Below are positions 35,811-44,722 of a DNA stretch of 64,000 bases, piece by piece. The stretch's first letter is position 1; every line of letters begins with the position of its first letter. Location of the stretch: assembly GCA_035537875.1 (NCBI GenBank), contig DATLLJ010000103.1:2999-66998 (forward strand). Reading direction: 5' to 3'. A program made the position numbers and the translations under genes. Origin of the DNA: Vicinamibacterales bacterium (GTDB taxonomy: Bacteria > Acidobacteriota > Vicinamibacteria > Vicinamibacterales > CAVVIG01). The notes beneath the pieces were generated by a model. That model saw only the letters and a program-made list of their open reading frames with translations. It had not been told where the DNA came from and searched no databases.

Positions 35811-36893
35811 ATGGCGCGCGCGTCAGATCGCGCGACGCGCCGGAGGCCGATGACGGAACCGCGCGATGTTCGACACCTGCTCGAGATGGCAGACCGCGCC
35901 GCCATCGATGGCGATTTCTCCTCTGCAGACCAGCTGCTGAGGGACGCCGCTCGGATTCAGGAAGCCGAACTGGGTCCGCTTCACCCGGATCTGGCGAGCA
36001 CGTTGACCAACCTCGCCATCGTCGCCGAGAAGACAGGGCGGCTGGGCGATGCCGAGACATTCTATCGACGGGCGGCGGCAGTTGCGTCCGCGTCGCTTCC
36101 TGCGGACGATCCGGTGGTCGCGGAGAGCCGACTGAACCTCGAAGACTTCTGCCGTGAGCGCGGCTTGCCGATCGGACCCGCCGCGATCATGACTCCCCCG
36201 GCGCAGGACACGGTGCGACGTCTGGATGGCCCCGTTCCCGAAGTCGCAGCAGGTCCGGCCGCGACGGTTGCTGCTGTGCAGGCTGCTTCTCAGCCGCTGA
36301 CTGCTCCCCGCCGTTCATCGCGCCCGCTCGTGTGGGCGGCAACGGGCGCGATCGTCCTGATAACGGTCGCCTTCCTCGTAAGGGGGCCGTGGTCGTCGGA
36401 CGAGGAGCCGCCGACGGGAGACACGGCAGCGTCGGCCACGGAGCCTGCGCCACCGTCTCCGGCCATCCCCGCTCCGATCGAACAATCGCCACCACCGATC
36501 GTCGCGTCTGGCGACGATCGAAAGGTCGTCTCCGACAAGCCCGCTTCTTCAGCGCCCACATCGGGCGGTGTCAGCCTGACCGCTGCCCAGCTGTGCAAGA
36601 CCTTTTCTACGAGCGGCGCCACGTGGCGATGCGATCCGCCGGGCGACACGGTGGCTCCTGGGTCGATCGTCTTCTATACGCGGGTCAGATCCTCGCGCGA
36701 TGCCGCGGTCGTGCATCGCTGGTATCGCGAAGACATGCTGCAGCAGGCCGTGAAGCTGCCGATCCGTGCCAACCCCTCGGAGGGTTATCGCACCTACAGC
36801 CGGCAGAGGGTTGACGGAGTCGGAAGCTGGCGAGTAGAAGTACGGAGCGCGGACGGTGACCTGTTGCACGAGCAACGTTTCGCGGTTCGCTGA
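35811..36893 (+). CDS. TPR-repeat / TM / DUF2914-like protein
   Basis: The N-terminus has TPR_10/12-like repeats (LGPLHPDLASTLTNLAIVAEKTGRLGDAETFYRRA). One TM helix follows (LVWAATGAIVLITVAFLV). The C-terminus IVFYTRVRSSRDAAVVHRWY...GSWRVEVRSADGDLL resembles DUF2914. ATG 35811 was chosen because the track start is only 11 nt from the divergent gene. Confidence 0.6.
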   Translation: MARASDRATRRRPMTEPRDVRHLLEMADRAAIDGDFSSADQLLRDAARIQEAELGPLHPDLASTLTNLAIVAEKTGRLGDAETFYRRAAAVASASLPADDPVVAESRLNLEDFCRERGLPIGPAAIMTPPAQDTVRRLDGPVPEVAAGPAATVAAVQAASQPLTAPRRSSRPLVWAATGAIVLITVAFLVRGPWSSDEEPPTGDTAASATEPAPPSPAIPAPIEQSPPPIVASGDDRKVVSDKPASSAPTSGGVSLTAAQLCKTFSTSGATWRCDPPGDTVAPGSIVFYTRVRSSRDAAVVHRWYREDMLQQAVKLPIRANPSEGYRTYSRQRVDGVGSWRVEVRSADGDLLHEQRFAVR

Positions 36894-36952
36894 ACGGCAC
36901 TTGGCGCGCCATGCGCAAGGAATCCAGCTCACGAACCCTGGAGGCAGATTGT

Positions 36953-37768
36953 TCAGCGCGCGAGCATCCAGACTCCAACGCCCATCAGGAGCACGCCGCT
37001 GACCCGCGCGCCGTACAGGCCAAACGGCGCCAGTCTCTCGAACGCGACGAAGGCCGTCAACGCCGCGATGACCGTCAAGTTCATCACGCCCCCGGCAAAC
37101 AACAGCAACATCATGGCCCAGCAGCAGCCCACGCAATAGACGCCGTGCTCGAGGCCGATAGTGAACGCACCAGACGCCCCCGCGCGCCAGCGGCTCGTCA
37201 AAAATCCCAGGGGCGACTGGCACGCGCGCAGGCAGGCCTGTTTGACCGGCGTCAGCTGATACACACCGGCGATGAACAAGAGTGTCGCTGCAACCGGTGA
37301 ACTGATGATCGCCATCATCGGGGAGATCAGCAGAAGCGACGCCAGCACACGCTGAAGCGCGGTGGCCCCAAGGCTGAACGCCATCCACACAAGCAGATAG
37401 CCCGCCACCAGCGCCCAAGTCTGGCGTCCTGCCGTTCCTTGCGATCGTGCGGCGACACCGTACAAGACGACAAGAGGTGTGGCTGAGGGAAGCATCATCG
37501 CCGTCATCATGACGGCCCACATCGCCCAGAGCAGCAACAGATGCTGTACGTCCCAGACGGCCGACATCATCCAGGCGCTCGCGCCGCTCATCGATCCGTA
37601 CATGTCGTTGGCCATCACGACGATCCACAGCCAGGACACCATGGGTACCAAGACCAGCCACATCACCGTGGGCGCGCGATCGACTTGCAGCGCAGATTCG
37701 AGGATCGCGAGCGGATCGCCCATGCTGCTCTGGCCTTGGGCCTGCGCGCGATTTCGTATGCTCATCAA
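36953..37768 (-). CDS. DUF2182-like metal-binding integral membrane protein
   Basis: WAMWAVMMTAMMLPSATPLVVLYG and later CWAMMLLLFAGGVMN. Six TM segments. Confidence 0.65.
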   Translation of the reverse strand: MMSIRNRAQAQGQSSMGDPLAILESALQVDRAPTVMWLVLVPMVSWLWIVVMANDMYGSMSGASAWMMSAVWDVQHLLLLWAMWAVMMTAMMLPSATPLVVLYGVAARSQGTAGRQTWALVAGYLLVWMAFSLGATALQRVLASLLLISPMMAIISSPVAATLLFIAGVYQLTPVKQACLRACQSPLGFLTSRWRAGASGAFTIGLEHGVYCVGCCWAMMLLLFAGGVMNLTVIAALTAFVAFERLAPFGLYGARVSGVLLMGVGVWMLAR

Positions 37769-37835
37769 GACCCTCGATTGTAGCCCCAGGGCCGTGCCTG
37801 ACCTGACTTCCAGTGCACCGCTTGAAAAACGGCCT

Positions 37836-38231
37836 TCAGAAACTCACGATGTATAAACGACAGCGGGCAGTGATCCGAACGATCCCGCAGCCGAAAGAAG
37901 AATCGTCGTGCCCGAAATCTGGGCTGTTGAGCTTATCAAACAGCAGAGCTGAACGGTCGTTTCTGCACAGTCCTTCGGCTTTGTTGCCTGGCTCCATCGC
38001 CACACCATCGACTTCAATCCACGCCTTGATAGCGGCGCGCGAACTGCTGGAGGCTTTGCCGCCATTGACGATGGCATTCGTCAAGTTGTAGGTCCACAGC
38101 GCGGCTTCCATCGAGAGGGTCGCAGAAATGGCTCTGCCGTTCGACGTTTTCAGCGCGGCAGGAATATCGAAGAGCGTCACGACGGAGCCATAGCCGCTAC
38201 CGCTGATGGCGCCGAGCGTCACCTGATTCAC
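37836..38231 (-). CDS. hypothetical protein in low-GC patch
   Basis: GTG start. NQVTLGAISGSGYGSVVTLFDIPAALKTSNGRAISATLSMEAALWTYNLTNAIVNGGK... looks beta-rich. Third-position GC is about 70% by hand count, while the region overall is about 55% GC. No recognisable family, and it may be N-terminally truncated. Confidence 0.4.
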   Translation of the reverse strand: MNQVTLGAISGSGYGSVVTLFDIPAALKTSNGRAISATLSMEAALWTYNLTNAIVNGGKASSSSRAAIKAWIEVDGVAMEPGNKAEGLCRNDRSALLFDKLNSPDFGHDDSSFGCGIVRITARCRLYIVSF

Positions 38232-38321
38232 GCTCTTGGCAAAGAATGCCTTGTTCGATGCCGGGCTCTGTGCCGACTGTCGTCTACGCAGACCGGTTGC
38301 AGGCGACGGGGCTCACGGTCA

Positions 38322-38621
38322 ATGCTGGCTTGCCAGACCAGCGAGCCTGGCGAGACCTGCACGGTCACCGGCAACATTCTGCTCGAGCTCTTCCAGCGCA
38401 CGAAGAGCGCTCAGGCATTTACATTCTTTGCCGGACCGCTCAATCCAGTGCTCCACCGCGTCACCGTGAAGGCGCGGGGCTTGATCGAATGCCGCTCCAA
38501 CGCAACAGTCATACCCTGCCCTGCGGGTACGCTTGATGGCTACACGGACGCCCAGACAATGGCAGCCATCGGAAAAGCCACTCTGGTTGTCGAAGAGCAG
38601 CAGAACTGGGGGAGCAACTAG
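38322..38621 (+). CDS. hypothetical protein, convergently overlapping the radical SAM tail
   Basis: ..TCTVTGNILLELFQRTKSAQAFTFFAGPLNPVLHRVTVKARGLIECRSNATVIPCPAGTLDGYTDAQTMAAIGKATLVVEEQQNWGSN. Hand-counted third-position GC is about three quarters here, against about half for the overlapping radical SAM tail frame. Still speculative. Confidence 0.3.
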   Translation: MLACQTSEPGETCTVTGNILLELFQRTKSAQAFTFFAGPLNPVLHRVTVKARGLIECRSNATVIPCPAGTLDGYTDAQTMAAIGKATLVVEEQQNWGSN

Positions 38622-40068
38622 ACCAGTTCTCCGTCCCCGGCATCTTCGTCGTCTCGAGTCGAGCGTCGTGCGACGCGACAGCCTGCGGCAGACGTACGCC
38701 CGTGATCTGCGAGAGGACGCCCTCGAGCATTGGGGTCATCGCGGGGAGCCGCCTCGCGCGAATCACGCCGTCCCACAGACGTTCGAATTTTTTCCACCCT
38801 GCTGCGTAGAAAAAGTGCTTCGCCTGATGCTTCATCGTTCCGTGAGCCAGCGCACCGCGGACGATCGAGGACCATCGATAGAATGCCCGGTACGCCCAGT
38901 CATAGCCCTCCTTCAAGGCTCGAGGCGTCAGGTGGGCCGGGCGATAGACGACGTGCCGCGTGTCATACAGATCCCAGTTGCGCGTGACGATCCGCCCCTG
39001 GGACTCGAGGCGGGCGAACAGTTTCGTGCCCGGATAGGGTGTCTGGATGTGGAACGTCGCGGTGGTGATGCCGTGCTCGATCGCCCAGTCGACCGTCCGT
39101 TGAAACACGTCTCCCTCGTCATCGTCCATGCCGAACACGAAGCTGCCGTTGATCATGATGCCGAGATCGTGAAGCCGGTCGGTCACGGCCGTGTAGTCGC
39201 GCCCGAGGTTCTGGCGCTTGTTCGCCCTTGCGAGATTCCCTGGTGTCAGCGTCTCGAACCCGACGAAGAGGCTCCGCAAGCCGGCCGCTGCCGCCCGCTC
39301 GATCAGGTTGCCGTGCAGGATGGAATCGACGGTGGCGGCGCCCTGGAAGAGCCGATTCATGCCGCGCATCCCGTCGAACAAGGCCGCTGCGAAGCGCCGG
39401 TCGCCGAGCAGGTGATCGTCGAGGAAATACAGATGACGACCCGGCAACCGCGCGATTTCGCCAAGCGCGTCGTCAACGCGCTGCGTGTAGAAAGACCGGC
39501 CGCCCTCGAAGAACGCGTCCTTGTAGCAGAAGTCGCAGTGCTGCGGACAGCCCCGCGTGACGACCAACGAGTTCGGCACCAGGTACGCACGTCGATTGAT
39601 GAGGTCCCGGCGGATCGGCGGCAGTCGATCGAGCGAGCGGTCCGACGTGGACGCGTAGCGGCGAGCCGGCCGACCAGCGCGGAACTCCTGGAGAAAACGC
39701 GGAAACGTCTGCTCCCCCGGGCCGAGAAACACAGCATCGGCGTGCTCGACGGCCTCGTCGGGGAGGGACGTGACGTGCAGTCCGCCCAACGCGACGAACG
39801 CGCCTCGGGCGCGATAGTGATCCGCCAGCGCGTACGCGCGTCGCGCGCTGGTGATGTAGACCTGAATGACCACCAGATCAGGTTGGTCGTGGACATCGAT
39901 CGGGCCGACATGTTCGTCCTCGATGACCGCCTGGTCGTCCGGTCGAAGGTAGGCGGCGAGCGTCGCCAGCCCGAGCGGGGGAAAGAGGGAGTACTTGATG
40001 GGACGCCAATGCGGGCTCGTCGCCTCGGTCAGTGCAGGCAGAATGAACTTGACGTGTAGAGATCGCAT
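38509..40068 (-). CDS. B12-binding-domain radical SAM protein
   Basis: N-terminal cobalamin-binding-like region (FPPLGLATLAAYL...VVIQVYITS...GGLHVT). Radical SAM CxxxCxxC is present as CPQHCDFC. The last 55 or so residues look non-native, as read-through into a low-GC patch. Confidence 0.8.
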   Translation of the reverse strand: MRSLHVKFILPALTEATSPHWRPIKYSLFPPLGLATLAAYLRPDDQAVIEDEHVGPIDVHDQPDLVVIQVYITSARRAYALADHYRARGAFVALGGLHVTSLPDEAVEHADAVFLGPGEQTFPRFLQEFRAGRPARRYASTSDRSLDRLPPIRRDLINRRAYLVPNSLVVTRGCPQHCDFCYKDAFFEGGRSFYTQRVDDALGEIARLPGRHLYFLDDHLLGDRRFAAALFDGMRGMNRLFQGAATVDSILHGNLIERAAAAGLRSLFVGFETLTPGNLARANKRQNLGRDYTAVTDRLHDLGIMINGSFVFGMDDDEGDVFQRTVDWAIEHGITTATFHIQTPYPGTKLFARLESQGRIVTRNWDLYDTRHVVYRPAHLTPRALKEGYDWAYRAFYRWSSIVRGALAHGTMKHQAKHFFYAAGWKKFERLWDGVIRARRLPAMTPMLEGVLSQITGVRLPQAVASHDARLETTKMPGTENWSSCSPSSAALRQPEWLFRWLPLSGRPCSHQAYPQGRV

Positions 40069-40077
40069 CGCGGGCGC

Positions 40078-40114
40078 GTTAAACTTTGTAATATAAAGTT
40101 AACTGCCATGTCAA
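40078..40114 (-). promoter_or_regulatory. AT-rich near-palindrome plus TTGACA upstream of the radical SAM gene
   Basis: gttaaactttgtaatataaagttaac (40078-40103) is a near-perfect palindrome and by far the most AT-rich stretch locally. A minus-strand TTGACA lies at 40114-40109. The -10 assignment is ambiguous. Confidence 0.4.
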
Positions 40115-40134
40115 GCCCGTCGCGAAAGGAGGTT

Positions 40135-41055
40135 TCATCTGACCGCCTCGCGCGTATCTCTCGACGAGGGGCGCTCGAAACGAAACAGGTTGGCGATGCT
40201 GCGGTGCGGATTCAGGAGGACCCGGAGCACGCGCGCGCGGGTAGGGCCTCCGCTTCCCTCCAGCTGCTTGATGACCGTCTTGTCAAGGTAGTCTTCCAGG
40301 AGGATCATGCCGAAACCGGCGAGCGGCGTGACGACCAGGTCGATGTAACCCATCGTTCCGGGGTCGTACCCCACATTACCAATTCCCGCTTCACCCCAGG
40401 GAGCGAGCTCGTAACTGGTGCTGTACATCGCCGCCCAACCGAGCGCCTTGAAGCGGCTTTTCCAGTATCGCGCGTTTTCCGGATCCCACTCGAGCGCGGC
40501 ACCGCTCGGATCGTTCTGAATCTGGATGTAGCCTGTAATGCCCCCCATCATCGGGTGGCCGACATAATTCGTGATGATTGGATTGCCGTCATTCCATCCG
40601 CTCAAACCGGACAGCGACTCGGCATAGTCCCTCCAGAACGGCCCCTCGAGGTGCATGCGCGTTTTCGCCTGCAACATCCTCAGGGTGTGCTGTGTGACGA
40701 GGAGCAGGCCCGACTGCCCCAGCGCACCTTGCCAGTTGAAGCCTTCCTGAACGCTGTCAGCTGGAGTCGTGAGCACGGCTGTCGCAGGTATCGCAAAGGG
40801 CTGACAGAAGCGATGGCACCCCGCGAGAAACGAGGATTCAGACGGCGCCGCGGATACGGTGACGACGAGCATCCATGAGCACAGCAGCGAGGCAGACAGT
40901 CTCACGACCTTGCTGAGCTGTAGCAATCGGCGCGCCGTCGAGTCTTCTCGAAACGTACGCAAATCCACGGCCGAGCTCTTGACGTGCCGTGACGTCTGCG
41001 CTACAAATCGATCCGGCGCGGAAGCCACCGGCATCCGTTGTCCGCCATCCTTCAC
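40135..41055 (-). CDS. exported protein, unknown function
   Basis: There is a hydrophobic signal-like segment VVRLSASLLCSWMLVVTVSAAPS about 50 codons into the track ORF, so the true start is probably a GTG near 40905-40908. The body carries W.DGNPIITNYVGHPMMGG and aromatic/Gly-rich motifs. Confidence 0.55.
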   Translation of the reverse strand: MKDGGQRMPVASAPDRFVAQTSRHVKSSAVDLRTFREDSTARRLLQLSKVVRLSASLLCSWMLVVTVSAAPSESSFLAGCHRFCQPFAIPATAVLTTPADSVQEGFNWQGALGQSGLLLVTQHTLRMLQAKTRMHLEGPFWRDYAESLSGLSGWNDGNPIITNYVGHPMMGGITGYIQIQNDPSGAALEWDPENARYWKSRFKALGWAAMYSTSYELAPWGEAGIGNVGYDPGTMGYIDLVVTPLAGFGMILLEDYLDKTVIKQLEGSGGPTRARVLRVLLNPHRSIANLFRFERPSSRDTREAVR

Positions 41056-41337
41056 GTGCTATCTCCTTCGGCCGCGACGAGCAACAGTCATCCGCCTACA
41101 TTCTTGTCGATTTGGCCCGCCCGGTTGCCGATTTCGACATCCTCCACCCTCACCGCGGTGATCGCACCGTTCGTGGTAGCAGTGTGAACTGGAACGACAT
41201 ACCTGGCTGGTTCCAGTGGCGCTCCGCGCAGGAAGAGGCCTCGAATCAGGCGGCGGTCGCGCTCGCAATCTGGGGCACGACGACGTCTGCCGCTGGACTG
41301 ACTGAGAGACGAACCGACAGGCTGCTGGGTGGAATGC

Positions 41338-43854
41338 ATGCTCGCTGACAGAACTGTCCGCCATTTCCCGGAACCGCTGGAGCGTTTATCCACCCTCGCG
41401 CTCGACCTGCACTGGGCGTGGAATCACGCGGGCGATGCGGTCTGGAGGAAGCTCGACCCCAAGCTCTGGGAGCAAACGCTGAATCCGTGGCTTCTGCTCC
41501 AATACGTCCCAACCGAACGACTCGAGCGTCTCGCCACCGATCCCGAGTTCCTGAGCGATCTGAAGGCGCTCGAGGAGTCGCGGGAACGCTATCGTTCCGC
41601 TCCGGCCTGGCGTCCGCCGGGTTCATCGAGGCTGCCACGCGTGGCCTACTTCAGCATGGAGTTCGGCCTGCACGAAGCGCTGCCTCTCTATGCGGGCGGG
41701 CTGGGCGTCCTCGCGGGTGACTACCTCAAGACCGCCAGCGATCTGGACGTTCCCGTGATCGGCATCGGAATCCTCTGGCAGCAAGGCTATTTTCGACAGG
41801 TGCTCGACGCGAACGGGCGCCAGACCGAGCTCTACCCGTTCAACGAACCTGCCAGCCTGCCGGTGCAATCGGTCATCGGCTCGAACGGAGAACGCCTCCG
41901 CATCTCGTTGAACTTCCCAGGACGCACGATCCTGCTGCGCGCCTGGCAGGTGACCGTTGGTCGAACGATGCTGTACCTGCTCGACAGCAACGACCCGTTC
42001 AACGCGCCGGCCGATCGCGGGCTGACGAGCGCTCTCTACGGCGGGACGTCCGACGTCCGTCTCATGCAGGAGATCATTTTGGGCGTCTGCGGATGGCGGC
42101 TCGTCGAAGCGTTGGAGCTGGACGTCGAGGTTTGTCATCTGAACGAAGGGCATGCCGCGTTCGCGGTCATCGAACGGGCCCGTCACTTCATGGAGCGGCA
42201 TGGCGTGACGTTCAAAGAGGCTATCTGGGCCACACGTCCGAGCAACATCTTCACGACTCATACCGCCGTACCCGCCGGGTTCGACACGTTTCCGGCCGCA
42301 GAGGCCGAGAATTATCGGGCGTACCTCAATGAGTACGTGACCGGCCTGGGGCTGTCTTGGACCGACCTGCTCTCGCTCGGACGGCGGAATCCCGATGATT
42401 CCGAGGAGCCGTTCAACATGGCCTGGCTGGCCATGCGCGGGTCTTGCTGGGTCAACGGCGTGAGTCGTCTGCACGGCGAGGTGAGCCGTCGTCTTTTTGC
42501 CGGGGTGTTTCCTGGCTGGCCCGAGTCTCAGATTCCGGTGACGCACGTGACCAACGGCGTCCATGTGCCGTCCTGGGACTCTCCGTGGACCGATGAACTG
42601 TGGACCCGAGCGGCCGGCAAAGAGCGGTGGCGGGGCGACGTCTCGGCGCTCGCGGCGAACGTGCTGCGCCTGTCGGACGAGGAGTTGTGGCAGGTTCTTG
42701 TCCGCGAGCGCCGCGATCTGGTGCAGTACGCACGTGAGCGGCTGCTGCGCAAGCTGGCGAGACATGGCGGCCTCGAGAGCGCCGAGCGCACCGCGCAGGA
42801 AGCGCTGCGCAACGACGTGCTGACGTTGGGGTTTGCCAGGCGATTCGCCAGCTACAAGCGCCCGAATCTCCTGCTTGCCGACCCGGAACGGCTGCTCCGT
42901 CTGCTGACCAGCACCAAACGACCGGTGCAACTCATAGTCGCGGGCAAGGCGCATCCCGAGGACGCCGAGGGCAAGCGACTGATCCAGGAGTGGACGCGAT
43001 TCGCGGCTCGACCCGAAGCCCGGCCCCACGTCGTCTTCCTCGACGACTACGACATGCGCCTCGCGATGGAGCTCGTACAGGGCGTCGATGTCTGGATCAA
43101 CACGCCGCGGCGTCCCTGGGAGGCGAGCGGAACCAGTGGGATGAAGGTCCTCGTGAACGGCGGGCTCAATCTGTCGACCCTCGATGGCTGGTGGGCCGAG
43201 GCTTATCGTCCAGACTGTGGCTGGGCCGTCGGTGATTCAGTCGGGCCTGGAAACAGCGACGGCGACGCGCGCGAAGCGATTCAGCTCTATACGCTCCTCG
43301 AAGAAGAAGTCGTTCCCTGCTTCTACGACCGTGACGGCCAAGGGCTGCCGCGCCAATGGATCGCACGGATGCGTACCAGCATGGCGTCGCTCGCGCCTCG
43401 CTTCAGCAGCGTGCGAATGCTTCAGGAATACATCGTTCGTGCCTACATACCGGGCGCGTCGGCCTCGCAGCGACGTAGCGATCGTTCGAGTCTCGTCGCA
43501 CGCGAACTCGAGGCCTGGGCGCGGCACCTCGAGCAGCACTGGTCGGATATCCGGCTCGGCAGTGTCACCAGTACTGCTAACGGCGGGTGGCTTTCCGTGT
43601 CGATCCCGGTTCAGTTGGGCAAAATCGATCCAGGCTCCGTGCGGGTCGAACTCTATGCCGACCCGCTCCAGACTCATGAACCTGTTGTCGAAGAGATGAC
43701 ACCGGTCCCAGGCCGGGACGCATCAGAATTGCTCTACCGCGCGACATTCGAGACGACGCGTCCCGCGTCACACTTCACGCCGCGTGTCGTCCCGTTCCAC
43801 CCCGAGGCTCAAGTCCCAGTCGAAATATCCCTGATTGCGTGGCCGCACAACTGA
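41338..43854 (+). CDS. glgP: alpha-glucan phosphorylase (GT35, DUF3417-type)
   Basis: The N-terminus LALDLHWAWNH resembles the DUF3417 region. The pyridoxal-phosphate lysine motif is EASGTSGMKVLVNG. ATG 41338 is preferred over the GTG at 41329. Confidence 0.9.
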   Translation: MLADRTVRHFPEPLERLSTLALDLHWAWNHAGDAVWRKLDPKLWEQTLNPWLLLQYVPTERLERLATDPEFLSDLKALEESRERYRSAPAWRPPGSSRLPRVAYFSMEFGLHEALPLYAGGLGVLAGDYLKTASDLDVPVIGIGILWQQGYFRQVLDANGRQTELYPFNEPASLPVQSVIGSNGERLRISLNFPGRTILLRAWQVTVGRTMLYLLDSNDPFNAPADRGLTSALYGGTSDVRLMQEIILGVCGWRLVEALELDVEVCHLNEGHAAFAVIERARHFMERHGVTFKEAIWATRPSNIFTTHTAVPAGFDTFPAAEAENYRAYLNEYVTGLGLSWTDLLSLGRRNPDDSEEPFNMAWLAMRGSCWVNGVSRLHGEVSRRLFAGVFPGWPESQIPVTHVTNGVHVPSWDSPWTDELWTRAAGKERWRGDVSALAANVLRLSDEELWQVLVRERRDLVQYARERLLRKLARHGGLESAERTAQEALRNDVLTLGFARRFASYKRPNLLLADPERLLRLLTSTKRPVQLIVAGKAHPEDAEGKRLIQEWTRFAARPEARPHVVFLDDYDMRLAMELVQGVDVWINTPRRPWEASGTSGMKVLVNGGLNLSTLDGWWAEAYRPDCGWAVGDSVGPGNSDGDAREAIQLYTLLEEEVVPCFYDRDGQGLPRQWIARMRTSMASLAPRFSSVRMLQEYIVRAYIPGASASQRRSDRSSLVARELEAWARHLEQHWSDIRLGSVTSTANGGWLSVSIPVQLGKIDPGSVRVELYADPLQTHEPVVEEMTPVPGRDASELLYRATFETTRPASHFTPRVVPFHPEAQVPVEISLIAWPHN

Positions 43855-43873
43855 TCGCGGCCTCGCACCAAGA

Positions 43874-44521
43874 TCATGCCTCGTGTTCCCCGCGTTGTGC
43901 GGAGAGGGGCTGGAAGATCTGGAGCGCACGGGTGTAGTCCTCGGGCGTATCAATATCGAAGAACGCGCCCTCGTCGTCCAGCTCGACGTCGCCTTGCGGC
44001 GTGGCGTGGGCTCTGACCACCGGCTTGGCTCCGAGGTGCGGATCGCTTTGGCGCAGCAAATCGAAAAGCGATCGATCGATGAGTAGCGGGTGACCGTGCT
44101 CTGCACCACGCGTAGGCCGGACGATCCGCGCTCGTGTTTGGTGATATCGATCGACAACAGCGCGAACCGTCCCCGCCGAGACGAACGGCACGTCCACGAG
44201 GGATACCAGCATGGCGGTCACACCGGGCCGATCCACAACGCTCATGCCGGCGAGCAGCGAGGACAGTTGACCACTCGCGTAGTCGGCGTTCTGCACGAAG
44301 CGGGCAGGCACTCCCCGCGCCGCAAAGCTCCTCATGACCGACTCCTGCTCGTGGCCCACGACGATCACCACGTCGTCAACTCCGGCCTCGAGCAGCGTTT
44401 TTACCAGATGAGTGAGGAAGGTGTCACCCGCCGAGCCAATCGGCAAATTCGGTTTCGGCCGGCCCATGCGCACCGAAAGCCCCGCTGCCAAGACAATCCC
44501 CGGAATCACAACGAGAATCAT
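43874..44521 (-). CDS. MobA-like NTP transferase domain protein
   Basis: GIVLAAGLSVRMGRPK nucleotide-binding loop, 215 aa. ATG 44521 verified. The upstream part of the track ORF (poly-Ser) is repeat and antisense junk. Confidence 0.75.
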   Translation of the reverse strand: MILVVIPGIVLAAGLSVRMGRPKPNLPIGSAGDTFLTHLVKTLLEAGVDDVVIVVGHEQESVMRSFAARGVPARFVQNADYASGQLSSLLAGMSVVDRPGVTAMLVSLVDVPFVSAGTVRAVVDRYHQTRARIVRPTRGAEHGHPLLIDRSLFDLLRQSDPHLGAKPVVRAHATPQGDVELDDEGAFFDIDTPEDYTRALQIFQPLSAQRGEHEA

Positions 44522-44523
44522 AC

Positions 44524-44705
44524 GATTGCAGGATTGCAGAATTGCAGGATTGCAGGAAGGAAAGGAAGGAAGGAAGGAAGGAAGGAAAAGGGAGGAAAAG
44601 GGAGGAGCTGGCGAAGTGCCGCTGCTTAACTTCCTAACCCCTTTCTGTAATTCTGCAATCCTGCCTTTCCTTCCTGCAATCCTGCAATTCTGCAATTCTG
44701 CAATT
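44524..44705. repeat. Palindromic octamer array (GATTGCAG)4 - 54-nt all-purine tract - spacer - (CTGCAATY)5
   Basis: Units were read directly at 44524-44555 and at 44653-44660 plus 44674-44705. Positions 44554-44607 contain only A and G. Confidence 0.9.
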
Positions 44706-44722
44706 TTGGTAAGATCTCCCCC

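Noticed and set aside
38411-38512. 33-codon ORF ATGA-coupled to the radical SAM stop as a RiPP precursor
   Set aside because: It is not rejected outright and is mentioned in a finding. It is not annotated because it lies downstream rather than upstream of the enzyme. It also overlaps two other candidate frames and has no recognisable leader or core features.
38533-40059. 508-aa plus-strand ORF opposite the radical SAM gene
   Set aside because: Antisense shadow. The minus frame carries the CxxxCxxC and B12-domain motifs, while this frame is Arg-rich junk.
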